Shown one piece after another: positions 12,783 through 24,515 of a stretch of DNA of 64,000 nt; within the stretch, counting starts at the first letter, position 1; each line of letters opens with the position of its first letter. The stretch comes from the human T2T-CHM13v2.0 reference genome, Homo sapiens: the NCBI RefSeq assembly GCF_009914755.1, contig NC_060947.1, one strand, 5' to 3'. The notes under the pieces were generated by a model that searched no databases, was not told where the DNA came from, and worked only from the letters and a program-made list of their open reading frames with translations. Both the position numbers and the translations under genes were made by a program.

Positions 12783-13391
12783 AGTATAACTGTTAGGATG
12801 GTCACTGAGAACCCATTTATCTCTATACTTCTAGCACTATGCCTCTGTATTATACCTAAGTAGTCATACAATGTGTTCCCAGCTAGATTACACAAAGAGT
12901 TGTTTGGGAATAAGAGTAAATGAGGAAAAGACATTCTGAGAAGGAAAGAGAAAAAACCCCAGAGACATAAACAAAGGGCAACTTTGCTTAGATATTGAAA
13001 GGCAAAGGTAGGAAGAAGGAAGGCATCAACCAAGTCACTGAGTGGCCTAAGGAGTTTTGATCCTTCAGTAGAAGCAAGGAAAAACCAATGTATGCACTTT
13101 CCAGCTCACTGCTTCCTGCTCTGCTGGGGTCTGAATGACAGAAGAACCACGACAACTGAGATGGATGGATATTTCTTTATTCAGTTCTCTACCACCTTCC
13201 TGATGCAAGTTAATAACCTTGCAGTCTCAGGAGGCAGATCACAAGCATTTCAAAGGAAACAAGAACTTCAATGGACTTTCGGTTCTTCTTTGAATTTTTT
13301 GGTGCCAAGGAAGAATCAGGCTTATTTGTCAGCTCTCCTTTCCTGGCCTGGTAAAATAATTAGAAGACCAAAGTCAGAATATCTGATTATC

Positions 13392-13424
<33 letters not shown>

Positions 13425-13779
13425 ACAGCTCACATTCATGGGCTAATTTGGAGAGATTTTTTGGCTCTTCCTTTTCCCCTCAGCTCTGTGAGGAAACTCC
13501 TAGCTTGTACTGGATCATATCAAATCAGAGCAAAATTGGAGTTTCTGGCAACTATTGCTTTAACAAATCAATTTTCTTTGGAAAGGTAAGTTACATTTGA
13601 CATTTTTCTTTTCATAACTGATTTGCAGAGGGGTAAATAAGTAATACTACTACTAATAAAAATGATTAAATGCATTCACAAACTTTGCAAAAGAGGAAAG
13701 CCAGAAAGTTCACACTTATTCCATCCAATGAGGTAAGTCTTTCCTTGACATTTGGATTTAATAGACCTTTATCGATCAC

Positions 13780-13960
13780 TGACTTAGGTACAAGAGAATT
13801 TTCACCAGGTTAGTATGAAGCTTATGTCACTGCCCCCATTTTAGAGATAAGGAAATCAAAGCTCAGAGTGATGTATTGGCCTGTCCAAAGTAACACTGTT
13901 AGGAAGTAGAAAGATGAAAAAGTTTTTACTACAAATTCAGAGCTATTTTCAATATACTAC
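13780..13960 (-). mobile_element. MIR SINE
   Basis: cccattttagagataaggaaatcaaagctcagag core. Confidence 0.7.
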
Positions 13961-14479
13961 AGGGTCTTGCTTACAAGGCAATAATCAAAATTGTACTGAG
14001 AAAAAAGCCATGTAAACATACGTGACATTTTATAACACCCGCCTCTGTGCTTCTAACCCCTAACTGTCTTATTTCAGGCACCTTCCACTTCTACACCAAA
14101 TGACTGCAGCACAGGGCAGAGCTTCTGAAGCTTTGAAGCATTGAAATAGGCAATGGTCTTGGAAGCATTCAAGCTACCAACTAATATGACCTTTTCTTGC
14201 ATAGAGCAAGTGTTAACTAAAAGTGAAAATCAGTTTGGGATGAGCTGATTTCTCTCCATTGCTACATGTCTTATTATAATCTCTAACATAATATCTGAAG
14301 AGAAAACCATCAGCAGGGAAAAGTAATGTCCAGCTACAGGGTCCACATACTGTCTGAGCATTCTGTGTTCTCTCACTGAATGATTATGGCGTCCTTCTCT
14401 AAAAATGACTTCTATCAGAATTATTGACATATTACAAGTGCCTTTCAAACATGAAAAACATAAACCTTATAATAACAAC

Positions 14480-14945
14480 AGCAAAATATATGCTTTGAGT
14501 ACTTACTCTGTCCCAGGCACTGTGCTAGGTGCTGGAAATACAGTGACAAAACCAGCGTCCACAGCCTATAGTCTAACAGAAGAGACGGATGTTCACTAAG
14601 TAATCACCATTCATTGGAACAAGTGGCTTAATAGGAAAAGTACCTACAGCAGGGAAGCAAGTCTGAAAACTCAAAGAAGCTCCAGTAGGAAATGGCATCT
14701 AAGGCAAAACATAGAAAGAATGAAGGGGAGTGAGTTAGCTGGGTGAATGGGGGAAGTGGGGAGATAATGTGATCCAGAGGTAACAACATGTATGAAGACC
14801 CAGAAGAAAGACCATGTTCTAGAAACTAAAATATGTTTATCCTGACTAGAGTTGTATGTGGGAATGGAGGGGAGGGGAAGTGGTGAATGGCTCGAAAGTT
14901 GAAAAAGTAAATAGGGGCCCAGTTTTAGAGATCTCATAGGCTATG
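14480..14945 (-). mobile_element. L2 3' fragment
   Basis: tgagtacttactctgtcccaggcactgtgctaggtgctggaaatacagtga is the antisense L2 3' end. Confidence 0.8.
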
Positions 14946-16997
14946 GTGTCTGGAGCCCAGCAGGAAGTCACTAAAATAAGTGGCTTGTTCTTCTTATGTG
15001 ACTTGCAAGTAGCAAATGCGGATTCCAAGCATCTTGAAGACTGGGCTTATTTTTCTTAAATACTTCACTTGTTGATTTTTCTACTCCTATTTATTTTCTT
15101 AAATAGAAGTCTTCTAAGGATAGATGAATGCTCTGAAAAAATCAAAGGTTTTGTGATGTTGGGGAATTGGAGTTAGGAATTACTTTTTAAATTTCCTTTT
15201 TCTTTACTTTCCAAAGCTATTGGTAATAATTCTTCATTTTTTATTAAAACATGAAAGAACTGTGGGAATGTTTTCATAATAACAACACAAAAGACAATGT
15301 TTTCTATAATTTCTGCAGCAGGATTGGCCCATATCATTCAATTTGCTGTATCTAATCGTTAGAAAAATGCCCTAGCAGTAACTAGACGCAGTATAAACAT
15401 CGCTTGGCAATGATCTATCTTTCTATCATCTCTCCATCTACCAATCTATCTATTGCCTCACTTCAAAATCATTTGAAGCAGATCTAATAAATATATAATG
15501 AAAAATTGATTTAAAAAATAGGTAAAGAAATTAGGAGGAAGAGTAAATCAGAACATGTCACTATGATCAAGCCCAGATCAGAACCACACTCAGAAAGGCA
15601 CATCCGGTACTGTATAACTGTTCAAAAATGCCCCAGGCTTGATTTTGAGTTTTCCAGTGACTAAATCACAGGGACTATTTTGTTATAATAGTGATCTTCA
15701 ACGTTAGCTACATATTAGAATCAGGAGGAGCATTTTTGCAAAATTAGCCTCACCATTTGAAAAATTAAGTTCCTGAGAGTGGGGCCATGCATTCATGCAT
15801 ATCTAATATGCAGCTATGGTTTTGTTATTCAGTGGGTCTGGCCACTGACTGAATAACAAAATTCCAAATACTCATAAGCGTAAAAACACACTAGTTGCTG
15901 AAGAGAAACACAGCTTTTCCTGGCAATGAGGTCTGAGAGAACTTCTTTCCTTTCACGGGTTCTTCTAAAGTGTATTTGGGACATTCTGGACAATGCTCCC
16001 AATACCACCCCTACCATAAAGACAACGACAAGTCTGTGATGAAGAATTTTTGGAGTGTTCTCTATTGGAGGTCCAGCACCTAATACTGAAGTACAATTCA
16101 GAGAAGGTGGGCTTAGGAGGGTTGAGGAGCATTTCAGGGACATAGCTCTCTGATGTGCTCATTTCATTCAGAAAGACCATTTCTAGAGGAGCAGACAAAA
16201 AAAGAGGTTCTTCACCCACTCACCCACCTCCAAAAGAGAAGTCCTTTAAAACACAAGCACATTTCTCAGCAGCCAGTCAAAGTAACAGCTCAATGTGCAA
16301 TAATTTCAGATGATTTATTTAAAGCATTAGAGATAGGAAGTGTTCTTAGTTTGCCAAGGGACCAGTAAGTAAACCTTAAAAGTCATTTTTATGTCAAACA
16401 AATGCTTAAAGATCACAGAGAAAGTCACTAGTGATCTATGGAATAATAGTGCACCTGACCTATGACATAGGGGAACATTTGCGAATTCTATTGATTTTGA
16501 CCTTTGCCAATGCAACAGAAACATCCCGCCATCACAAATGTGTTTAAGCCTCATAGGATATGGAGTTCCAAATGTTATAATCTACTTTAAAAATCAAACA
16601 AGAGCCCAGATGCTGTCATATATATGATATTCTGCTGCTTCTCACAGCCAGCTTGTGCTTGGGGGTCTCCAAGAATTCTGCTCTACCTCATCCTCCTTTC
16701 TATGGAGTTTACTGAAAATCACCCTGGAGTTTCTACGTTTCTACTTCTTCTTATCATCTACAGTGAAAGTCTGCAGAATGTCCACCATTATGTTCAAACT
16801 TCTTTTTAGCCCCAGAATTGTTTTTGTAAATTGAAATGTGGCCTACATCAAAGTCAATTAGTTAAAAAATAGATGAGCATAGAGCTTCTCTGGTTGAAAG
16901 AACCCCATCACCCCACATCCTTTTCCTCAAAAGCCCTAGGTTTCTGGGGCTTGCTCCAAACATGGGTTTGAAAACCACTGCCTTGCATCAAGCATAG

Positions 16998-17354
16998 TGT
17001 ATTAGTCCATTTTCACACTGCTGATAAAGACATACCCGAGACTGGGCAATTTACAAAAGAAAGAAGTTTAATGGACTTACAGTTCCACATGGCTGGGGAG
17101 GTGGCACAATCATAGCAGAAGGCAAGGAGGAGCAAGACACATCTTACATGGATGGCAGCAGACAAAGAGAGAGAACTTGTGCAGGGGAACTCTTTTTAAA
17201 ACCATCAGATCTCATGAGACTTATTAGCTATCATGAGGAAAACCCACCCCCATTATTCAAGTACCTCCCACTGGGTCCCTCCCACAGCACGTGGGAATTG
17301 TGGGAGTTATAATTCAAGATGAGATCTGAGTGGGGACACAGCCAAACCATATCA
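16998..17354 (-). mobile_element. THE1B-like solo LTR (MaLR)
   Basis: tgtattagtccattttcacactgctgataaagacatacccgagactggg ... gacacagccaaaccatatca; flanks catag/cacgg. Confidence 0.92.
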
Positions 17355-17524
17355 CACGGGTTTCAGTGAGCATTGATACTCTGAATCTGAAGGTAGGTCA
17401 GATCAAGCAATAGAATCTGTTAGCTCCAATGGAGACAACTCTTCTACCACAATACACTGAACCACCTATTTGTCCCACATCTCCCTGAAGCCTCGCTTTC
17501 TTCTGCTGCTTCTCTGCAGAAAAA

Positions 17525-17740
17525 AATTTAGTGTATTGAGGGAAAAGGACACTGCATTTGGAGTCAAAAAAGCTGAGTTTCATCTCTAGCTGCATCATGT
17601 GATAACTATAGGCAAGACTTTTCAAATCTCTGACCCTCACTTTCTCTCTCCATATACTAAAGAAAATAATTCCTTCCTCACAGAATTGCTGTGAATATTG
17701 AAAGAGGTAATGTTCATGAGCATGCTTGACAGTAGTAAAA
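17525..17740 (+). mobile_element. MIR SINE
   Basis: ttggagtcaaaaaagctgagttt...ggcaagacttttcaaatctctgaccctcactttc. Confidence 0.7.
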
Positions 17741-17765
17741 AACAGTATAGAATTAGAAAGCTATT

Positions 17766-18231
17766 TTATTAGTTTCCTATTGGTGCTGTAAAAAAAAAAA
17801 AGATTACCATAAATTTAGTATCTGAAAACAACACAAATTTATTCTTGCAGTTCTGGAGGTCAGAATTCCAAAACAGGTCTCTGGGCTACAATCAAGGCGT
17901 TAGCAGTCTGTGTTTCTCCTGGAAGCTCTAGGGGAGAATCTATTTTCTCACCTTTTCCAGCTTGAAGAGGTTGTTTGCATTCCTTGGCTCATAGCTCTAC
18001 AGCACTCTGCCCTCTGCATCCATGGGCACATCTCATTCTCTTGTCTGCCTCCCTTTTATAAAACCCTTACAATTACATAGGGCCTGCCCAAATATTCCAG
18101 AATAATCTCCCCATCTCAAAATCCTTAATCACATTTGCAAAGTCCATTTTACCATTTAAGGTAATATATTCACCTGTTCCAGGGATTAGGCTATGGACAT
18201 CTTCGGGGAAGGCATTATTCAGCCTAGCACA
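17766..18231 (-). mobile_element. MLT1C/D solo LTR (MaLR)
   Basis: tattagtttcctattggtgctgtaa...cagttctggaggtcagaa...ccaaatattccagaataatctccccatctcaaaatccttaatcacatttgcaaagtcc...ttcagcctagcaca. Confidence 0.85.
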
Positions 18232-18244
18232 ATTATATATTAGA

Positions 18245-18756
18245 TGTTGTGATGGATAGTTTGAATTTGTCTCTCTGGATCTATACTCCACCCCTCTCCA
18301 CATTCTGTGTGCCCCAGAAGACTGATCTCTACAGGCTACATCAAACCAACTCCCTTTTCCCTCTGGCTTCCACTTGAGTATGCCCAATAGGAGGTACTGG
18401 CAAGAGAGTGAAAGAAGGGCAGGGTATGTGTCCCTACCACCAGATCCCTTGGTTCTGGACTACAGATTGATAGCAGTTATGTTCCTCTACCAAAAACCTT
18501 ACCAGGCCTTCTCCATGCAGCTGCTGCCCTCTCCAAGCTCTGTAACCACCCCCACTCCTAGTTTCATCAACACACAGGGTGATAATCCACCCCTGCTGTT
18601 GCTTGTCCTGGGATGCTTCCTTCTCCTTTGTTGGCTTTCTTTAACTATTAACCTTAAACCCCGACCACAGCGTTGTATATATCCCTTTATTACATTATCC
18701 TCTAGCTACCCACTTTGCATGTACCACCTGTTTCCTGTCGGGACCCCCAACTGATA
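18245..18756 (+). mobile_element. LTR33/LTR16-like ERVL solo LTR
   Basis: tgtgccccagaagactgatctctacaggctacatca...ccctctggcttccac...cccaataggaggtactggcaagag...ctgtttcctgtcgggaccccc. Confidence 0.75.
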
Positions 18757-18899
18757 AAATATTGATATTATTTTGGAAAGTTTACCATGACCACCTTTTA
18801 AAACCTTCCTACCTGCCCTCACTCCCTTGACTCCTCTAGTTTATTTGATAATGTCAACAACTCTGCCTTACTTTTCTAAATAAAGGATAGGTATATTCT

Positions 18900-19230
18900 C
18901 TCAAAAAAATCGGGACATCAGGCTTCTTTTAGCTCATTGAACAGGCCAAGCTCTTTCCACTTCAGGATCTTTCTATATGCTGTTCCCTCTGGCTGAAATG
19001 TTCTTCCAATTGCTAGATTCTTATCATTTGGATCTGTTTGGATGTCATCTCTTAACGAAGTCCTCTCTTCTGATTTAAATTAAACAACCATTATTCTCTA
19101 GAACAGCACTGCTTATTTCCCTCATAAAATTTTCACATCATTTCTAATCATATAATACATAATTTGTCTTTCTCCAAAAGGGCAAGAGATCATGTCTATA
19201 TTATTCTCCCAGGGCTGGATACAAGGCCTT
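18900..19230 (+). mobile_element. L2 3' fragment
   Basis: gaacaggccaagctctttccacttcaggatctttctatatgctgttccctctggctgaaatgttctt. Confidence 0.7.
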
Positions 19231-19289
19231 GAAAAATTTGGTAGTGAGCAAAAGACATAAAAGTAGAAGGAATATATTCTGTACAATGT

Positions 19290-19715
19290 CATTACATTTT
19301 TCTCACTTAATCATTAGAACAATTATTCAGATAAGTAGATATTAAATTTCATTTTACAGAAAGGGAAGCCCATATTCAGTGAAGATGAGCAACTTGCTGA
19401 AGGTTAATCAGCTAGTAAGCTTGGAACAGAGATTTGAAACCAAGCCTTCTTTACTGGGTGGCTCTTGCTAAAAATAGTTAATGTTTATTGAGCACTTAAT
19501 TTGTGCTAGGCTTGTACAAAGTGCTTTATAGACATTCTTTCATTTTAATGTTCATGACAGCCCCACAAAGTGGCATTCATTATCCTTACCTAAAAATGAG
19601 GAAACTAAGCCTCAGAAAGGTAAATGATTTGCCAGGGGTCACACACATTGCTAAGAAGCAATTAAGTTTAGATTTAAGTTCAGTTGAGCCTGAAGGCAAA
19701 GCCCTTTCCTTTGCA
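19290..19715 (-). mobile_element. Two tandem MIR copies
   Basis: cattttacagaaagggaagcc...caacttgctgaagg and tttattgagcactta...aatgaggaaactaagcctcagaaaggtaaatgatttgccagggg. Confidence 0.8.
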
Positions 19716-19799
19716 TCAAGATTTTCTGAAGCCCTTGACACAGTGTCAGAAATATTAAAGCCTAGAATAAGGTGAGGCTTTCCTAAAAAGGATGTGTTT

Positions 19800-20240
19800 T
19801 ATATTTTCCAGAAAAAAATAAAAGAGAAATTCGTAGGCTTGTTCTTGGGAACAACAGCATGCTATAACCAGAGGAGAAGGAAAACAGGTATTTTCAACTA
19901 CTGTTTTGCTTATGTATTCTTCATTATAGGTAATGATCCAAAGATTGGAAAAGGTACAACTAAGGTAGTTTGTAACAGAATAATGGAGTGGGGTGGAATA
20001 AGGAAGACAAAGCTAGGCAAAGAGATTGGAAACGAACCCCTGGCTATTTAAGAGATTTCTAATTACCGGGATTGAAGCTTCATGAAGTCATGGATATTGT
20101 TTTTTTCACCCTATATCCCTAGAACGGCAACTGTCACATAGCAGGCATTCTATCAATATATTATGAATGAACTAAGTCTCCTGATACATTTAGATGGCAT
20201 CCCAGGCAAAGAGAACACCTGCAGATCAGATTTCTGAATG
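19800..20240 (+). mobile_element. Candidate degraded Gypsy-type pol remnant (RT connection/RNase H), interrupted by an L2 tail at ~20070-20175
   Basis: Frameshifted motifs in the expected order: KKIKEKFV / W-EQQHAI (19846-19866), KVVC...EWGGI (to 20000), EPLAI, IPGKEN-PADQIS (20199-20235). These resemble W..EQQ.AF, DAS..GWGG.L, P.AF.S and IPGK.N..AD.LS. Motif-level inference only. Confidence 0.4.
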
Positions 20241-20444
20241 ACCCTTTATAATGCAAGGGAAGGTGAAAAATATGAGACGTGTCAGAAGACTAGAGATGGG
20301 AAAACGTTTTGAAAAGGTTGTATACTTCCATTTTCAAACAAATTAAAATAAATCAGTGAGATACTTTCTGAGTGGTTTGTTTAATAGTATGGCCTGAGAG
20401 AACTTATGGATGAGGAACCCTAATGTTCACCAACGTCTTTTGTT

Positions 20445-20620
20445 ACATTAGTTGAGCACTTACCAGGGACTATATAAAGTGTTTAAGTGTTTTATCCCAT
20501 TTAATCCTCACAATAGTCCTATCAGGTAAGTACTATCATTAGTCTGTTTTCACAGCTGAGGAAAGTGAAGCACAGAGAAGTTGAATAACTTGCCCTCTGG
20601 TCTGATTCCAATGCCTGGCC
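20445..20620 (-). mobile_element. MIR SINE
   Basis: ttgagcacttaccagg...catttaatcctcacaatagtcctatcaggtaagtact...ctgaggaaagtgaagcacagagaagttgaataacttgccc. Confidence 0.85.
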
Positions 20621-20893
20621 ACATCATGGCCTCATCTAATCACTGTAGTAACTAAACCTGCCAAGGAATTTGGAAACAATATCCAGTCATAAAAGTGAAT
20701 TGAGAGACTCACAAAATAAGGAATTGTGTTTCATTGAAGGATCACCTGTGTAAGGGGAGAGGAGGTTAAAGATGGAGGAAAACAGAGATGCACAGCAGCT
20801 AGAAATAGAACATAGATTCAATCTTCAACATCAAAAGACACTTAAAAACCAAAATCCTGGGAGGGGTAGGAGAAGATCAAGATTTGCCTAAGA

Positions 20894-21598
20894 CTATTAT
20901 TAAAAAGTCAAAAAACAACAGATGCTGGCGAGATTGTGGAGAAAAAGGAACACTTTTACACTGTTGGTGGGAGTGTAAATCAGTTCAACCATTGTGGAAG
21001 ACAGTGTGGCAATTCCTCAAAGACCTAGATGCAGAAATACCATTTGACACAGTAATCCTATTACTAGGTATACACCTGGAGAAATATAAATTATCCTATT
21101 ATAAAGATGCATGCACACGTATGTATGTTCATTGAAGCACCATTCACAATACCAAAAACATGGAATCAACCTAAATGCCCATCAATGATAGACTGGATAA
21201 AGAAAATGTGGTACATATACACCATGGAATACTATGAAGCTGTAAGAAGGAACGAGATCATGTCCTTTGCAGGGATATGGATGAAGTTGCAAGCCATTAT
21301 CCTCAGAAAACCAATGCAGGAACAGAAAACCAAACATCACATATTCTCACTTGTAAGTGGGAGTTGAATGATAAGAACACATGGACACATCGGGGGAACA
21401 ACACATACTGGGGCCTGTCGGAGGTGGGGGTGGGGGTGGGGAGCATCAGGAAGAATACCTAATGGATGCTGGGCTTACTATCTGGGTGATGGGATGATCT
21501 GTACAGTAAACCACCATGGCACACATTGATCTATGTAATAAACCTGCACATTCTACACATGTACCCCTGAACTTAAAATAGAAATTGAAGAAAAAAAA
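20894..21598 (+). mobile_element. 5'-truncated L1PA10-12-like element (ORF2 C-terminus + 3'UTR)
   Basis: ORFs 20884-21135 and 21107-21367 match the ORF2p C-terminus ([19 protein letters not shown]); 3'UTR gagcatcaggaagaatacctaatggatgctgggc; degenerate TSD aagatttgcctaaga/aagattgtctaaga. Confidence 0.92.
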
Positions 21599-23588
21599 AG
21601 ATTGTCTAAGAAAATAGAAGCTTAGACAACCTTCAGTAGAGCAATATAATATGTATGCTTAAACAACAAAGGATGTTGTTTTTTTAATTTCCTATTATGT
21701 AGAATAGAATGAGCAGATCCATTTTCTATTATAACCCATTTAAATGAATGAGATAGCACTCTTGAGAGGATTAGCTGAGATTATAACGTGCATACAAAAG
21801 CACTGATACTAATACATGGTTATCTAGGTTAGAAGTAGAATTTCTATCTGAATCTCTTCTGCAGGATGGACTCCTCCTATTGACACCTAAAATTATATTC
21901 TAGATGAATTTCCTTTTTTATTAATTACTACAGGTACTTATCCATTTAACTGGTATTAGTGTGTTTTAAGCATTGCACTTAGTCACATTTTAGCTTTGCT
22001 CTTCTACATAAACTCAGGTACTTTAATAGAACTCAGTTGCTTCCATAAGTCTGATTCTGTGTTCTAAATGCAATCACAGTTCCTAACATTTTTCAAGCAA
22101 GCCTAATAGGTATTTTCCAATAACATTAACCACACCAACTTGAATTTAATTTAATGTATAAGATGGCATTTGAACACAACATCACAACCCTTAATGATTG
22201 TTGGTGGAAGAACAATATGGAAAATCCACTATAAGAATGTGTTCAAATTCGGGTAATAAACCTCAAAAGCATGTTATTCCCTAGAAAGAAAATGATGTGC
22301 ATTCTTCTGTCAAAAATACTCAAATTATGTATGGTATTTGGTAGCCTGTCATGGAGAGAAAGTAGTCTGAACATTCAATCACATGTGTAAAACTGCAGAC
22401 CTGTCAGAATATTTCATCATGGTATTTGACAATACTGGGCTGTTAGCCATTAACTAGAAGAATGGGTATGTCTAAATTACCTAAGAGCTTAAATAAAAGT
22501 TACACAGAGCAATAAAGACGGCATGGTTACATGTGTTTCTTTCCATTTCAAAAGCCAGAGCTATGCTGTCTATAGAATAGTGCTGTTGTTCTTAGCAAGA
22601 GATGGGTGTTCTCTGTGGCCCACACTAATGTGATATCCAATGATACGGAACATGGGTTTTGGGTATGTGGAGGCAGATCCATGAGAAATGAATCATTTGG
22701 ACCAGGAATCATCCCAAGAATGGAGTGCTGTGTTGGTATATAATATTTCAGGTAGTGCCTGACGATGGTTAAATGGAGTAGGTGGAGATATAATCAGCTC
22801 ATTGGTAATGCCTGCACTCAGTTTAGGGACAGATTCATGTTTTACATGATGATGGTAAATTCAGTTGTAAATCGAAACTGACAAATATAATGCAATTATT
22901 GCAGTGTATGTTGTCTAGCTATTAACATGCATTTATGTAAAAAAAATTTGATTTTAATAATCAAGTTCAGCTAGTGATTAGTTTGGTTTCTTAATTTAAA
23001 TATTATTTTAAAGACAGATGAACCACTGTAATTTATTCAATTTTGTGCAGTGCTCATCTTAGCTGAATTATGTGTAATTTTTTGGACATGGTCCTCTACA
23101 TATTTTATGAACTGACGTAATGTGAGAGTGAGGTCACTTATCATTGAGCGACATCCCCGTATAATGTTAAATTTGTATTTCAGATAATTGGATTTTTAAA
23201 TGTATCGTGGATTCTGATTAGTGCATTACGATTTCATTAAAAATTAGTGCTCAGCTTTTAGAATCTGAGCTTATGGAGGACCGAAAATTTTCCTTGTTTC
23301 TGGATCCACAATGTTTGCCACAATTTTTGGTACATTATAGGTCTTCAAGAAGTTTGTGTTTAATAGCTAGATGTCAGTTATTGCTCCCAGCTGTATGTCA
23401 TCTGTTGAAGATGGCATGCTCTTTTTCCCTGCCCTATGTGCACATGTGAAGGAACTTCAGGTGTAGTAACATCCTGGCTTTATACCCACGTGTGACTTAC
23501 CCCACCCCAAGGAGGAGGAAGTTATCTAATTAGTGGGGCACATCCACTGGGCTACACTTTTCAATTAGGGAAAGCTAATCAATATTTT

Positions 23589-23879
23589 TTGGGGTGGGGA
23601 TGGAGTCTCACTCTGTCATGCAGGCTGGAGTGCAGTGGTACAATCTCGGCTCACTGCAACCCCCGCCTCCCAAGTTCAAGTGATTCTCCTGCCTCAGTCT
23701 CCTGAGTAGCTGGGATTACAGGCGACTGCCACCACACCCATCTAATTTTTGTATTTTTTTGTAGAGACGGAGATTCAGCATGTTGGCCAGGCTGGTCTCG
23801 AGCTTCTAACCTCAGGTAATCCGCCCGCCTCGGCTTCCCAAAGTGCTGGGATTACAGGTGTGAGCCACCGCACCTGGCT
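23589..23879 (-). mobile_element. AluS (Sx/Sz-like), full length, eroded tail
   Basis: Alu dimer; ctcaggtaatccgcccgcctcggc; TSD gct(a/t)atcaatatttt at 23574-23588 and 23880-23894. Confidence 0.95.
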
Positions 23880-23899
23880 GCTTATCAATATTTTAAAGC

Positions 23900-24515
23900 C
23901 ACAAGTGTGGAAAACAGTCTGGTGCTTTCTCAACAAGTTAAACATAGAATTACCATATGACCCAGAGATTCCACTGCTAGGTATCTACCCAAAATAATTG
24001 AGAGTAGGTATCCAAGCAAATACTAGAAAACAAAAGTTCATAGCAGCACTAGTCACAATAGCCAAAAAGTGGAAACGGCCTAAATGTCCATCAACAGATA
24101 AATGAATAAACAAAATGTGGTATATGCATACTATGGAATACTATGCAGTCCTAAAAATTAAGAAAGTTCTGTCACATGCTACATCACGGTTGAACTCTTG
24201 GAAACATTTTGCTAAATGGTGAAAGCCAGACACACAAGGCAACGTATTACATGATGCTATTCATATGAAATTTCCATAATAGGCAAATTCTCCACAGAGA
24301 TAAAATAGATTAGAGCTTACCAGGATCTTAGGGGAAGGAAAGTTGCAGGGGGAGGTAATTGTTTTGTGGGTACTGGGTTTTCTTTTGGGGTAATAAACAT
24401 GCTTAAAACTAGATAGATGTTGTGGTTATACAATATTGTGAATACACAAAATGCCACTTAATTGTATACTTCAAAATAGTTAAAAGGTAAATTTTATGTT
24501 GTGTATATTTTACTG
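23900..24515 (+). mobile_element. L1MB 3' end; its terminal caataaaaa resumes after the MST element at ~26792
   Basis: tggaaaacagtctggtgctttctcaacaagttaaacatagaattaccatatgacccag...aattttatgttgtgtatattttac. Confidence 0.85.

Noticed and set aside
13092-13589. 165-aa ORF with poly-Lys, ending at a strong AG|GTAAGT donor-like site
   Set aside because: Poly-K comes from a genomic poly(A) run and there is no domain similarity. Isolated GTAAGT words (also ~1641, ~13733, ~20526) are expected by chance without transcript data.
22575-22625. SAVVLSKRWVFSVAH resembling the trypsin-family WVLTAAHC motif
   Set aside because: Lacks the conserved Cys, is preceded by a stop, and no GDSGGP-like motif was seen downstream.
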